Shown: piece after piece, positions 1 through 10,107 of the stretch
Layout: the number at the start of each line of letters is the position of its first letter
Position numbering within the stretch: position 1 is the first letter of the stretch
Source of the DNA: Cyanobacteriota bacterium
Lineage (GTDB): Bacteria; Cyanobacteriota; Cyanobacteriia; PCC-6307; Cyanobiaceae
Length of the DNA stretch: 64,000 nt
Assembly: GCA_046052125.1 (NCBI GenBank)
Contig: JBJOMY010000002.1
Coordinates: 477,525 to 541,524, forward strand
Direction: 5' to 3'
Notes under the pieces: model-generated
Seen by the model: the letters and a program-made list of their open reading frames with translations, nothing else
Database searches by the model: none
Told to the model about the DNA's origin: nothing
Made by a program: the position numbers and the translations under genes

Positions 1-369
1 GCTGTGCTTGAAGCGCTCCACCTTGGGGGCCTGGCGCAGCATGGCGTTGAGCAGGCCGCGCATCAGCTGCAGCACCCGCTGCTCGAGCTCAAACACCCGC
101 GTGGTGGATCCACTCAGCCGGCGGTGCGCCAGGGCCAGGCCCCAGACGCACTGAATCGAATACACACAGTCGCGCACCCAGGCATCGCCGTAGTTGCCGT
201 GCACGGTGTGGGCGGTGCTGGCGGGCAACAGGCCCGTGATCGGATGCTGGCGCTGCACCACCACCCGCTCAATCTGGCCATCGAGCTCCTGCAGGCGCTG
301 CCAGGCTTCCGCGGCGGAGAGCTGCATGGGGCCCATCTGTCCCGCCGTGGGTGCGCTGCTGAGCGTCAT
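1..369 (-). CDS. Glycoside hydrolase family 15 / phosphorylase kinase alpha-beta-like protein (5' part; runs off the window)
   Basis: Manual translation: MTLSSAPTAGQMGPMQLSAAEAWQRLQELDGQIERVVVQRQHPITGLLPASTAHTVHGNYGDAWVRDCVYSIQCVWGL; the Q-x-P-x-TGLLPAS and DAWVRD motifs are typical of this family. Not in the ORF track. Confidence 0.8.
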   Translation of the reverse strand, partial: MTLSSAPTAGQMGPMQLSAAEAWQRLQELDGQIERVVVQRQHPITGLLPASTAHTVHGNYGDAWVRDCVYSIQCVWGLALAHRRLSGSTTRVFELEQRVLQLMRGLLNAMLRQAPKVERFKHS

Positions 370-434
370 AGGCGCAACGGAAATGGGCTGCAGCCATAGA
401 TTCTCCCGCGTGGCCTCTGCGCTCAATGGCATCA

Positions 435-1193
435 ATGGCGACGGATGCGGCTCGCACTGGCTTTACGGGCGCTGGTGAACCTCCGTCCTGGACGGTGACG
501 CAGGTGCTCGGCGTGCAGGTGGCGGTCTGCGCCAACGTGTTTGCGGCGGCGCTGGAGCTGAAGCAGCGCGGGGGCGGCCAGATCGTCACCCTCAACGCTG
601 AGATGACGATGGCCGCCAAGGCCGACCCTGCTCTTGGCGGTGCGATCGCCCAGGCCGATCTGGTGATTCCGGATGGCGCCGGTGTGGTGTGGGCCCTTGG
701 ACGCCAGGGTTATCGCGTGCGCCGCAGCCCCGGGATTGAGCTGGCCCGGCAGTTGCTCGTGTACGCAGCGGCCCACCGCTGGCGGGTGGCTCTGGTGGGG
801 GCCAGCCCGGAGGTGATGGAGCTACTCGTGGCTCGGCTGAAAGCAGAGATCCCTGATCTTGATCTGGCCTTTGCGATCCACGGGTATCAGAACCCTGAGC
901 AGTGGCCTGGCATTGAGCAGCAACTGCAGCAGGCCCGTCCCGATCTCGTGCTTGTGGCTCTAGGAGTGCCCCGCCAGGAAACCTGGATCCAGCGGCTCCA
1001 TCAAGACCAGCCCGGCCTCTGGATGGGAGTGGGCGGCAGTTTTGATGTCTGGTCGGGCACCAAGCAGCGGGCACCGCACTGGATGGGCCGCTTGCAGATC
1101 GAATGGCTGTATCGCCTGATTCAGGAGCCCAGCCGCTGGCGGCGGATGCTCGCCCTTCCGGCGTTCGCTTGGGCGGTGTTGCGCCGAGGCTGA
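435..1193 (+). CDS. WecB/TagA/CpsF family glycosyltransferase
   Basis: IVTLNAE, IPDGAGVVWA, VALGVPRQE, GVGGSFDV and EWLYRLIQEPSRWRR motifs; start 426 or 435. Confidence 0.92.
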   Translation: MATDAARTGFTGAGEPPSWTVTQVLGVQVAVCANVFAAALELKQRGGGQIVTLNAEMTMAAKADPALGGAIAQADLVIPDGAGVVWALGRQGYRVRRSPGIELARQLLVYAAAHRWRVALVGASPEVMELLVARLKAEIPDLDLAFAIHGYQNPEQWPGIEQQLQQARPDLVLVALGVPRQETWIQRLHQDQPGLWMGVGGSFDVWSGTKQRAPHWMGRLQIEWLYRLIQEPSRWRRMLALPAFAWAVLRRG

Positions 1194-1222
1194 TTCACGA
1201 GGCAACCGAAAGAGCTCACAGC

Positions 1223-1252
1223 AAAAAGCGGCCGGAGCATCGCCCCAGCCGC
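1223..1252 (-). terminator. Intrinsic terminator of psbK
   Basis: Minus strand GCGGCTGGGGC-GAT-GCTCCGGCCGC stem followed by TTTTT. Confidence 0.7.
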
Positions 1253-1276
1253 CGATGGTGTTCAAGCCGAATCGCT

Positions 1277-1420
1277 TCAGCGGAAACCGACCGAGGCCTG
1301 CCAAACAAACGCCAGAAGCAGGAACAGCAGCGGAATGATCGGCAGGATGTCCACCAGGGGGCCGAAGGCCTGATAGGCCTCGGGCAGCTGGGCCAGGGTC
1401 TGCAGGGCGTAGGCGGCCAT
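1277..1420 (-). CDS. psbK: Photosystem II protein K
   Basis: Manual translation [47 protein letters not shown]. Confidence 0.97.
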   Translation of the reverse strand: MAAYALQTLAQLPEAYQAFGPLVDILPIIPLLFLLLAFVWQASVGFR

Positions 1421-1450
1421 CCCGGAATGTTCGTTGGCTAGAGGCGGACG

Positions 1451-2599
1451 CTACCACGTGTGCGCGGCTGGAGAGTCCGCTTCCCAGGGAGCGAAATCCT
1501 CTGCAAAACAACCATCGCGGATCGCTTGCGCCATGGCGCTGCTGAAGCGCACCAGCTGGGTGATGTTGTGCAGGCTGAGCAGGATCTTGCCCAGCAGTTC
1601 GTCGGTCTTGATCAGGTGGTGCAGGTAGGCGCGGCTGTGCACCGTGCAGGCCGGGCAGCTGCAGCTGGGATCGAGGGGTGTGTGGTCGTGGCGGAAGCGG
1701 GCGTTTTTGAGGTTCCAGCGTTCGCCGCCCACCAGGGCTGCGCCATGGCGGCCTAGGCGGGTGGGCAGCACGCAATCAAAGAGGTCGAAGCCGTTGGCCA
1801 CGGCGATCGCCATCTCCGGCAGCGTGCCCACACCCATCAGGTAGTGGGGTTTGTCGTCGGGGAGCAGCGGCCCCACCTGGCGCACGATGCGGTGCATCTC
1901 CTCAGCGGGCTCGCCCACGCTTACGCCGCCCACGGCGATGCCCGGCAGTCCCATCGAGCTCACCACCCGCGCCGACTCCTCGCGCAGATGCGGGAAGCAG
2001 CCCCCCTGCACGATGCCGAACAGGGCCTGATCGGCCTTGGTGTGGTTGCTGATGCAGCGCTCCAGCCAGGCATGGGTGCGGCGGCAGGCGGCGGCCACAT
2101 CGGCCTCCGTGGCGGGGTAGGGCGGGCACTGGTCGAAAGCCATTGCCACATCGGCGCCCAGGGTCATCTGGATCGCCATCGAGCGCTCGGGGGTGAGGTC
2201 GATGCGGGCGCCATCGCGGGGGGAGCGAAACACCACACCCCGGTCGTTGATCGTGTTGATCTCGCCCAGGCTGAACACCTGGAAGCCGCCGGAATCGGTG
2301 AGCATCGGCCCGTCCCAGGCCATGAAGCGGTGCAGGCCGCCGCCGTCGGCCACGATCTGCTCGCCGGGCTGCAGGTGCAGGTGGAAAGTGTTGGAGAGCA
2401 CCATCTCGGCGCCGGTGGCCTTGAGCTGCGCTGGTGTCACCCCCTTCACCGTGGCCAGGGTTCCCACCGGCATGAACCGCGGCGTATTCACCACGCCGTG
2501 GGGGGTGTGGAAGCAGCCGCAGCGGGCGCGGGTGTTCGGGCAGTGGGCCGTGATCTCGAACGCGAACACCGGTGAGGCGGCAGGATTAGCTGCATCCAT
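1451..2599 (-). CDS. tgt: tRNA-guanine transglycosylase
   Basis: [34 protein letters not shown] and the Zn-site CSCPAC. Confidence 0.97.
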   Translation of the reverse strand: MDAANPAASPVFAFEITAHCPNTRARCGCFHTPHGVVNTPRFMPVGTLATVKGVTPAQLKATGAEMVLSNTFHLHLQPGEQIVADGGGLHRFMAWDGPMLTDSGGFQVFSLGEINTINDRGVVFRSPRDGARIDLTPERSMAIQMTLGADVAMAFDQCPPYPATEADVAAACRRTHAWLERCISNHTKADQALFGIVQGGCFPHLREESARVVSSMGLPGIAVGGVSVGEPAEEMHRIVRQVGPLLPDDKPHYLMGVGTLPEMAIAVANGFDLFDCVLPTRLGRHGAALVGGERWNLKNARFRHDHTPLDPSCSCPACTVHSRAYLHHLIKTDELLGKILLSLHNITQLVRFSSAMAQAIRDGCFAEDFAPWEADSPAAHTW

Positions 2600-2601
2600 C
2601 G

Positions 2602-3396
2602 TTGCTGGCCGTGGCCAAGGCCCACTCCCGTGGCGGCTGGCTGGGGGATCTTGCCGGCGCCTGGATCTTCTACAGCGTGTTGCCGCTGCCGCCGGGGATC
2701 ACACCGCGCTTTGAGCGCATCGCCCGTTTCGCCCCCTGGGTAGCGCTGGTGATCGGTGGGCTGGAAGCGTTGCTCTGGCAGGGGTTGAGTGGAGCTGGCC
2801 TGGTGGCTCAGCTCGCGCTGGTGTTGGCCCTGGGCACGTGGCTCAGCGGCGGGCTGCACCTGGATGGCGCCATGGACACCGCCGATGGCTTGGCTGCCGG
2901 CCCTCAGCGCTGCCTCGAAGCCATGGACGACAGCCGTGTGGGCGCCAGTGGGGTGCAGGCCCTGTTGCAGTTGATGGCCCTGCGGGTGGGTGGTTTGGCG
3001 CTGTTGGCGGCGGCGGCTCCCTGGGGGTTGGTGTGGGCTGCGGTGTGGGGCCGGGTGGCACCTCTGCTCGCGATGCAGTTGTTTCCTTATTTGCGCGCTG
3101 GCCAGGCGGGTACAGCGGCCTTTCACCGGGAGCACTGGCGCGGCTTCCTGCCGGAGTGGGCGCCGGCTCTGTTGCTGTTGGGCTGGCTCAGCGGCCTGGC
3201 GCTGCAACTGCAGGCCGGGTCGTGGTGGTGGCTGGGCTGGCTTGGGCTGGTGCCGGCGCTGCTGGTGCCTTGGTGGTTGGGGCGCAAACTCGGCGGCCAC
3301 AGCGGCGATAGCTACGGCGCCTGCGTGGAGTGGACCGTGAGCTGGAGCCTGCTGCTGATGGGCCTGATCAGGCTCTGGTCTGGAGCGGCAGCCTGA
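2602..3396 (+). CDS. cobS: Adenosylcobinamide-GDP ribazoletransferase (cobalamin synthase)
   Basis: [26 protein letters not shown] and [11 protein letters not shown]; hydrophobic; start uncertain. Confidence 0.93.
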   Translation: MLAVAKAHSRGGWLGDLAGAWIFYSVLPLPPGITPRFERIARFAPWVALVIGGLEALLWQGLSGAGLVAQLALVLALGTWLSGGLHLDGAMDTADGLAAGPQRCLEAMDDSRVGASGVQALLQLMALRVGGLALLAAAAPWGLVWAAVWGRVAPLLAMQLFPYLRAGQAGTAAFHREHWRGFLPEWAPALLLLGWLSGLALQLQAGSWWWLGWLGLVPALLVPWWLGRKLGGHSGDSYGACVEWTVSWSLLLMGLIRLWSGAAA

Positions 3397-4474
3397 GCCG
3401 GAAGGCGTTCCCGCCCTCAGGGAGCCGCGCGTTAACGGCGCTGGCGGGCACCACCAGCTCCAGCTCGCCCCCCAGGCTCCGGGCCAGGTCGCGGGCCAGG
3501 GCCAGGCCCAGCCCGCTGCCGTCCAGCTGAGCGCCGCTGGAGCCCCGCTCACCTTTGGCGAAGATCCGCTCGCGCTCTTCGCTGGGGATCACAGGCCCGC
3601 TGTCCCAGATGCTGAGCTCCAGGGCGTCGCTGATCCCGCAATGCAGCCCGATGGCGCCGCCGGCGCAGCTGTAGCGGAAGGCGTTCTCCAGCAGGTTGGC
3701 CACGATTTCGGAGAGGGCGCTGCCGTCGCCTCGCCAGGGGGGGAGTGCATTCGGTGCCTCCCAGGGGCGCCCCTGCAGATGGGCCGTGGCTGCGGCGCGC
3801 TCCAGCAGGGGGCGCAGGATCTGCTCAAGGGCCTGGGGCTCCCCCTGGCTGAGGCTGGCGGGGAGCAGCAGTGGTGGTGTTGCGTTGTCTGCGCTCACCA
3901 GGGCCGGTGCTTCGGCGAGCTGGTCGATCGCCTCCACATAGCGGTTCAGTTGTCCTTGCTCGCTGAGCAGGCTGTCCACCAGGGCGAGGTTGCGGGCATC
4001 GCCATCCAGGCGTCGCCGCAGCAGTTGGCCGAAGGTGCGCAGGGCCGCTAGGGGGTTGCGCAGCTGATGCACCAGCAGCCGCAGTTGGTCGTCGCGATGG
4101 TTGAGTTCGCGGCCCAGGCGCTGTTGCTCCATGTCGAGCCGGAGCGCTTCGGTGAGGCAGCGGGCCGTGGCTTCAAGGCGTTCGCTGAGGCTTTCGGGCC
4201 AGGGCCAACGATCTGCATCCACCCGCAGGGCACCGAGCAGGAGGGCGTCATCGCGCAGGGCCAGCCAACGGCGCGTTTCCACCGAGCTGTCATCGCTGCC
4301 ACTGCGTTCGCTCAGGGCCAACGAGCGGGGCCAGTGGCCGATCGCCATCAGCGAGGGCTGGCCGGTGGGTTCGGGGATGGCCACGTACACCACCAGCCCC
4401 CGCAGATCAGGACGATCCGTGAATTGGGCCAGCTGCTGCTCGAGTAGGGCCAGAAACCGCTTGGAGACCTGCAT
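3368..4474 (-). CDS. Sensor histidine kinase, Hik2/CSK-like
   Basis: H-box LVHQLRNPLAALRTFGQLL, N-box NLLENAFRY, DSG and GSGLGL boxes; start taken at MQVSKRF. Confidence 0.88.
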   Translation of the reverse strand: MQVSKRFLALLEQQLAQFTDRPDLRGLVVYVAIPEPTGQPSLMAIGHWPRSLALSERSGSDDSSVETRRWLALRDDALLLGALRVDADRWPWPESLSERLEATARCLTEALRLDMEQQRLGRELNHRDDQLRLLVHQLRNPLAALRTFGQLLRRRLDGDARNLALVDSLLSEQGQLNRYVEAIDQLAEAPALVSADNATPPLLLPASLSQGEPQALEQILRPLLERAAATAHLQGRPWEAPNALPPWRGDGSALSEIVANLLENAFRYSCAGGAIGLHCGISDALELSIWDSGPVIPSEERERIFAKGERGSSGAQLDGSGLGLALARDLARSLGGELELVVPASAVNARLPEGGNAFRLRLPLQTRA

Positions 4475-4815
4475 CTGAGCGGGGACTGGGGGTGCAGTCA
4501 GGGCTGAGTCAGAGGGGGTCCCAGCGGAAATTTCCCAGGATGTGTTCGAAATCTGGGAAAAAGTCTTAAGATTCTGGGTATCGACCAATACCTCGCGGTC
4601 CGGGATCGGGCGGCGCGGCGATCGGACTTCCGGTTTCGCTTGCAGCTTTCTGCAAACGAGGCTACAGCAGTGGGTGTTGCGTCCTCTGCTGATCGGAACG
4701 GTGCCGTCGCACCGCCCTCCCGGCTTGCAGGTGTGTGGGCGTTGCCGAGGCCTCAGGCTCGTCGCCGATCCTCACCGTCCGTCTCCATCCACCCTGCCCG
4801 AAAGGGCCTAGCTCT

Positions 4816-5187
4816 ATGTCCAAGAAGCGCAAGCGCATCAGCCGCCGCCGCCTGGCGGGTCAGCGAGTTTTGGCTCACGTTGCCACTCACAACCTGGAAA
4901 CGGGTGAGTACAAGCCCGTGACGGCTGCTCGCCGTTACATCGCTGAATCCAACATCGTGCCGCCGGCGATCCTCAACGTCCGTCGCAACGAGCACACCAC
5001 CGATCGTTTCTTCTGGGGCGAGAAGGGTCTCTTCAGCGCTCAGTACGCCGAGGAGAACCACTTCCTGTTCCCCTCCCTTCGGGAGATCGTCGATCGCATC
5101 GGTGAAGACACCCTGTTCGCCGGCCTTGAAGCACTGGCCGCTGACGATTGGGAAGAGATGGAGGAGTACGAATACGCCTTCGTGTGA
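4816..5187 (+). CDS. Conserved cyanobacterial protein (DUF3155-like)
   Basis: MSKKRKRISRRRLAGQRVLAHV...RRNEHTTDRFFWGEKGLFSAQYAEENHFLFPSL. Confidence 0.85.
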   Translation: MSKKRKRISRRRLAGQRVLAHVATHNLETGEYKPVTAARRYIAESNIVPPAILNVRRNEHTTDRFFWGEKGLFSAQYAEENHFLFPSLREIVDRIGEDTLFAGLEALAADDWEEMEEYEYAFV

Positions 5188-5207
5188 CACGAAGCGTTTG
5201 CGCTTCC

Positions 5208-5233
5208 AGCCGGCCCTAGAGGCCGGCTTTTTT
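5208..5233 (+). terminator. Intrinsic terminator
   Basis: AGCCGGCC-CTAGA-GGCCGGCT followed by a T run. Confidence 0.85.
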
Positions 5234-5244
5234 CATGGCTGAGT

Positions 5245-5856
5245 TCAGCCCTCGGCGCTGAGCCGTTGGCGCACAAAGCTGCCGATCTCTGGCAGCACGC
5301 TGGCATCGATCGTGTGGCCACCGTTGAACGCCAGTAGCTCGGCGCCTGTGCCGGCCTGTGCCAGCCGCCGCTGCACTTCTTCACTGGCGGCGAAGGGCAC
5401 CACGGGATCCTCCCGGCCATGGCTGAGCAGCACTGGCGCGGTGCCAGCCGCTGGTTGCCAGCCTTCATGGGGATAGCCACTGCAGGCCACGATCCCCGCC
5501 AGGGGGAGGCTGCTGCCCACATCCAGGGCCATGGCGCCACCTTGCGAAAAGCCGAGCAGCACTGTGCGGGCCAAATCCACGCTGGTGGCGAGCTCCTCCA
5601 GCCTCAGCTTCAGCGCCTCGCGCGCGGCTGGGAGCTGGGACCAGTCGATGGGTTGGAGTCCATACCACTGGCGGCCAACGCCGTAGGGGTGGGGCTCAGG
5701 CGCTCGCAGTGCCACCACACTCACCTCTGGGCCCACCAGGAGGCTGCCCAGGTCGAGCAGGTCGTCGGCATCCGCTCCCCAGCCATGCAGCAGCACCAGC
5801 CGTTGCTGGGCCTCGCTGGGGCCGAGCTGCAGGAGATCCTTCGAGGGGCCGGTCAT
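5245..5856 (-). CDS. Alpha/beta hydrolase (phospholipase/carboxylesterase)
   Basis: LLHGWG, GFSQGG nucleophile elbow, HGREDPVVP and GGH. Confidence 0.9.
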   Translation of the reverse strand: MTGPSKDLLQLGPSEAQQRLVLLHGWGADADDLLDLGSLLVGPEVSVVALRAPEPHPYGVGRQWYGLQPIDWSQLPAAREALKLRLEELATSVDLARTVLLGFSQGGAMALDVGSSLPLAGIVACSGYPHEGWQPAAGTAPVLLSHGREDPVVPFAASEEVQRRLAQAGTGAELLAFNGGHTIDASVLPEIGSFVRQRLSAEG

Positions 5857-5911
5857 GGGAGCAAGAGCAGCTGCTGCGTAGGTTGGATCTTCAGCTGCCC
5901 ACTCAACAGCC

Positions 5912-7489
5912 ATGGCGCCCACGGCCCTGCTCAGCGTGTCCAATAAGGAAGGGCTGGTGCCCCTGGCTGAAGGACTGCTGGCCGCCGGCTACCAGCTGAT
6001 TTCCAGCGGTGGCACCGCCTCGGCTCTGGCAGCGGCTGGACTACCCGTCACCAAGGTGGCGGAGCACACCGGCGCTCCCGAAATCCTCGGCGGCCGGGTG
6101 AAGACCCTGCACCCCCGCATTCACGGCGGCATCCTCGCCAAGCGCTCGGAGCCTTCCCATCAGGCGGATCTGGAGGCTCAGGGCATCGCCACGATCGATG
6201 TGGTGGTGGTGAATCTCTATCCCTTCCGTGAAACCATCGCCCGGCCGGATGTGAGCTGGGATCTGGCGATCGAGAACATCGATATCGGCGGTCCGGCGAT
6301 GGTGCGCGCTGCCGCCAAGAACCACGCCGATGTGGCGGTGCTCACCAGCCCGAGCCAATACCCCGCTTTCCTGGAAGCCCTGGCGGCTGGTGCCATCAGC
6401 TCCGCCCTGCGCCGGCAGCTGGCGCTTGAGGCCTACAGCCACACAGCGGAGTACGACACCGCCATCAGCAGCTGGCTGGCCAGCCAGCTCAGCGCTGAAG
6501 CGCAGGCCGGCAGCACGGCTGCTCCTGAGCTCAGCCTGAGCCTCCCGGCCCGTCAGAGCCTGCGCTACGGCGAGAACCCCCACCAGAACGCCACTTGGTA
6601 TTCCCAGCCCGGTGCGGGCCTCGGCGCCGGTGAGCAGCTTCAGGGCAAGGAGCTCAGCTACAACAACATCCTTGATCTAGAAGCCGCCCTCGCCACGGTT
6701 CGCGAGTTTGGCTACGGCGGCCAGCCCGCCGGCGGCAACCCCTTCCAGCCCGCAGCTGTGGTGGTGAAGCACACCAACCCCTGTGGTGTGGCCACCGGCA
6801 CGGGCAGTGCCCATGCCCTGGAGCGGGCCCTCGATGCCGATCGCGTGTCGGCGTTCGGCGGGATCGTGGCGATCAATGGGCCGGTGGATGCGGCCACTGC
6901 CAGCCATCTCACCAGCTTGTTCCTGGAGTGTGTGGTGGCTCCCGCGTTTGAGCCGCAGGCCCGGGAGCTGCTGGCCGCCAAGGCGAATCTGCGGCTCCTG
7001 GAGCTCGCCCCTGCAGCGATCGAGCGCGCCAGCCGTCAGCAGCTGCGCAGTGTGCTCGGGGGGGTGCTGGTGCAAGAGCTCGATGATCAGCCCGTGGATG
7101 AAACCGCTTGGCAGGTGGTGAGCAAGCGCCAGCCCACCGCCCAGGAGCTCGACGATCTGCGGTTCGCCTGGCGACTGGTGCGCCACGTGCGCTCCAACGC
7201 GATCACCGTGGCCCGCGCTGGCCAGAGCCTGGGTGTAGGCGCCGGCCAGATGAATCGCGTCGGCTCAGCGCGCATTGCCCTCGAGGCGGCGGCCGACAAG
7301 GCCAAGGGTGCTGTGCTCGCCAGCGATGGCTTCTTCCCCTTCGACGACACCGTGCGTCTGGCGGCCAGCCATGGGATCACCGCGGTGATCCAACCCGGCG
7401 GCAGCGTGCGTGATGCTGAGTCGATCGCCGCTTGCGATGAGCTCGGCCTGGCGATGGTGACCACCGGCCGCCGGCACTTCCTGCACTGA
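5912..7489 (+). CDS. purH: Bifunctional AICAR formyltransferase/IMP cyclohydrolase
   Basis: [26 protein letters not shown] and C-terminal RRHFLH. Confidence 0.98.
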   Translation: MAPTALLSVSNKEGLVPLAEGLLAAGYQLISSGGTASALAAAGLPVTKVAEHTGAPEILGGRVKTLHPRIHGGILAKRSEPSHQADLEAQGIATIDVVVVNLYPFRETIARPDVSWDLAIENIDIGGPAMVRAAAKNHADVAVLTSPSQYPAFLEALAAGAISSALRRQLALEAYSHTAEYDTAISSWLASQLSAEAQAGSTAAPELSLSLPARQSLRYGENPHQNATWYSQPGAGLGAGEQLQGKELSYNNILDLEAALATVREFGYGGQPAGGNPFQPAAVVVKHTNPCGVATGTGSAHALERALDADRVSAFGGIVAINGPVDAATASHLTSLFLECVVAPAFEPQARELLAAKANLRLLELAPAAIERASRQQLRSVLGGVLVQELDDQPVDETAWQVVSKRQPTAQELDDLRFAWRLVRHVRSNAITVARAGQSLGVGAGQMNRVGSARIALEAAADKAKGAVLASDGFFPFDDTVRLAASHGITAVIQPGGSVRDAESIAACDELGLAMVTTGRRHFLH

Positions 7490-7562
7490 GGGCTGCGCTC
7501 CACTGGCTCTGGCGGCCCTGAACTAGCTTCGCCAGCAGTCCGCAGTTCATCGCCCGCGCCCC

Positions 7563-8027
7563 ATGCCGGAAGCTCTCGCCTTCAACCTCAACTTCCTGCA
7601 TCCGCTGGCGATGTGGGCCCTGCTGGCCCTCAGCGGCTACGCGATGTTTCTGGGCATCAAGGCCAAGAAAACCCGCACCGCTGATGCCGAAACCCGCAAG
7701 ACCCTGATCAAGGGGCAATTCGCCAAACGCCACTACCTCTATGGCAGTGCCGTGTTGGCGGTGATGGTCCTCGGCACGTTCGGTGGCATGGCCGTCACCT
7801 ACCTCAACAACGGCAAGCTGTTTGTCGGTCCTCACCTGCTGGTGGGCATCGCCATGAGCAGCATGCTCGTGGTGGCAGCGGCCCTTTCACCGCTGATGCA
7901 GCAGGGCAACCTGATTGCCCGCAAGATCCACGTGGGCCTGAACATGGGTGTGGTAACCCTGTTCCTCTGGCAGGCCGTGACCGGCATGCAGATCGTGAAC
8001 AAGATCTGGGAAAACCGCCCCGCCTGA
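7563..8027 (+). CDS. DUF4079-like membrane protein (cytochrome b561-like His pattern)
   Basis: Four TM segments with conserved His (LHP, RH, GPH, IH). Confidence 0.8.
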   Translation: MPEALAFNLNFLHPLAMWALLALSGYAMFLGIKAKKTRTADAETRKTLIKGQFAKRHYLYGSAVLAVMVLGTFGGMAVTYLNNGKLFVGPHLLVGIAMSSMLVVAAALSPLMQQGNLIARKIHVGLNMGVVTLFLWQAVTGMQIVNKIWENRPA

Positions 8028-8044
8028 CGCCTTCGGGCGACTGC

Positions 8045-8731
8045 TCAGAACTGAGCCCGCCGCCGCGGCGGGCACTCCAGGTTGTGGGTGCCGTGGAAAT
8101 CTTCCTGCACCTTCCAGGTGAGTTTGCGGGAGATCTGGCGCACGATCTGACGTAGCAGGTGATCGCCGCTGTTCTGCACCAGTGATTCCGGCAGCAGTCC
8201 GATCACCGCAGGCATACGGATCCACACGCTGAGGTCGAGCTCCCAGCGCACCTCCGTGTAGGGCGCGTCGGCGGATTGCTCCTCGAGCCTGAGGGCGGCG
8301 TTGAACTCCACGTCGTAGAGGTCGCGCAGACCGGGTTGGAACTGCTCCGGCGGCACGGTGCAGATCCGGTAAACGCCAGCGCTCTGGGGCAGCAGTTCCA
8401 GGCCGATGGTGGGCTCCACCTCAAAGCCGAAGTTGCCGAATCGCCCCAGGGTGAGCACGTAGCCATTGCGGCCGAGAGATTCCACCTGCATCGGCGCGGC
8501 GCAGCGCCGGAACCAGCCTTCATGGCGATCGAGGTAGCTCGCCACGGTGTGGGCCGGGGCCCGCATCTCCATCAGATCGGCGAACTGGCTGCTGTAGCAG
8601 CGCACCCGGTTGTCGTCGCTCTGACGCAGGGGCGGCTGCAGCGCCTCAACGGTCTCAGGCAGAAGTTCGGTCACCGATGAGATCAACGCTTGCGGTTCTC
8701 CCCGGGCCTGAGGCAGTGATTGTTTAATCAA
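8045..8731 (-). CDS. DUF1997-like protein (true start probably downstream)
   Basis: YLDRHEGWFRRCAAPM and GDHLLRQIVRQISRKLTWKVQEDFH. Confidence 0.8.
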   Translation of the reverse strand: MIKQSLPQARGEPQALISSVTELLPETVEALQPPLRQSDDNRVRCYSSQFADLMEMRAPAHTVASYLDRHEGWFRRCAAPMQVESLGRNGYVLTLGRFGNFGFEVEPTIGLELLPQSAGVYRICTVPPEQFQPGLRDLYDVEFNAALRLEEQSADAPYTEVRWELDLSVWIRMPAVIGLLPESLVQNSGDHLLRQIVRQISRKLTWKVQEDFHGTHNLECPPRRRAQF

Positions 8732-8778
8732 TGTAAAGCCCCGCTTCGGCCCGTTTTGCAGCGGCTGTGACAGCCCTC

Positions 8779-9999
8779 TCAGGCATCCGCCAGGTCGATC
8801 AGGCGGCTGATCACGTCTTCCACCACCCGATCCGGGGTGGAGGCCCCGGAGGTGATGCCCACCCGCAGGGTCCCTTCCGGCAGGAAGGGCTCCACCAGCT
8901 CCAGGTCGGCGTCAAGGGGTTTGTGCTCGATGCGGTTGCCGGGACCGATCCGCTCGGGGGTGTCGATGTGGAAGGAGCGGATCCCGCGGCTGATGGCGAT
9001 TTCCTGGAGGTGGGTGGTATTGGAGGAGTTGTAGCCGCCGATCACCACCATCAGATCGAGCGGTTCATCCACCAGCGCGAACATCGCGTCCTGCCGCTCC
9101 TGGGTGGCATCGCAAATGGTGTTGAAGGCCAGGAAGTGGTCGTTGAGTTCGGTGGGCCCGAAGCGCTGCAGCATCGTGCGCTCGAACAGCCGGCCGATCT
9201 CCTCCGTTTCGCTTTTGAGCATCGTGGTTTGGTTGGCCACGCCCACGCGGATCAGGTCGCGATCGGGATCAAAGCCCGGTGAGCAGGCCTTGGCGAAGCG
9301 GTCCATGAAGGCCTGGCGCTGCTCTGGGCTGGGGCCGGAGCCGTTGGCACTGGCCAGGATGTAGTCGCACACCAGCTGGGCTTCCACCAGGTCGAGCACC
9401 ACCAGGTAGGTGCCCGCAAAGGAGCTGGTGGCCAGCGTTTCCTCGTGCTTCACCTTGCCGTGGATGATCGAGGTGAAGGCGTGCTTCTTGTGCTTCTCCA
9501 CGGTGTTCCACACCTTGGAGACCCAGGGGCAGGTGGTGTCCACGATGTGGCAGCCGCGCTCATTGAGCAGCTGCATTTCCTGCACGGTGGCTCCGAAAGC
9601 CGGCAGGATCACCACGTCGCCGCTGGCCACATCGGAGAAGTCCTTCACGCCGCCATCCACCTGGATGAACAGCACGTTCATCTCCCGCAGGTGATCGTTC
9701 ACCGAGGGGTTGTGGATGATCTCGTTGGTGATCCAGATCCGCTCGGTGGGGTAGTGCCGCCGGGTTTCGTAGGCCATCGCCACCGCCCGCTCCACGCCCC
9801 AGCAGAAGCCGAAGGCCTCCGCCAGCTTCACGCTCAAGCGGCCGTGCTGCAGCTGGTGGCCGTTTTCGCGGATGCTGGCGATCAGATCGCTCTGGTAGGC
9901 CTGCTCAAGGCTTCCGGCCACTTCTTCGCCCAGGCCGAAGCCGCGGCGGTTGTAGCGATCCGAGTGATGCAGGGATCGCTTGAACGCGCGGGTATCCAC
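8779..9999 (-). CDS. ispH: 4-hydroxy-3-methylbut-2-enyl diphosphate reductase
   Basis: [31 protein letters not shown] and GASTP; start at GTG ([13 protein letters not shown]). Confidence 0.97.
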   Translation of the reverse strand: MDTRAFKRSLHHSDRYNRRGFGLGEEVAGSLEQAYQSDLIASIRENGHQLQHGRLSVKLAEAFGFCWGVERAVAMAYETRRHYPTERIWITNEIIHNPSVNDHLREMNVLFIQVDGGVKDFSDVASGDVVILPAFGATVQEMQLLNERGCHIVDTTCPWVSKVWNTVEKHKKHAFTSIIHGKVKHEETLATSSFAGTYLVVLDLVEAQLVCDYILASANGSGPSPEQRQAFMDRFAKACSPGFDPDRDLIRVGVANQTTMLKSETEEIGRLFERTMLQRFGPTELNDHFLAFNTICDATQERQDAMFALVDEPLDLMVVIGGYNSSNTTHLQEIAISRGIRSFHIDTPERIGPGNRIEHKPLDADLELVEPFLPEGTLRVGITSGASTPDRVVEDVISRLIDLADA

Positions 10000-10107
10000 G
10001 GCGGCGAGATCAGGGCGTTTTAACTCTATGGGGCTCCACCGCGCCGCTTGGGTTGCGCGCTGGTCTGTTTTCGCCCTACAGATGGCGCAGCGGGTTCCTC
10101 GGCACGA

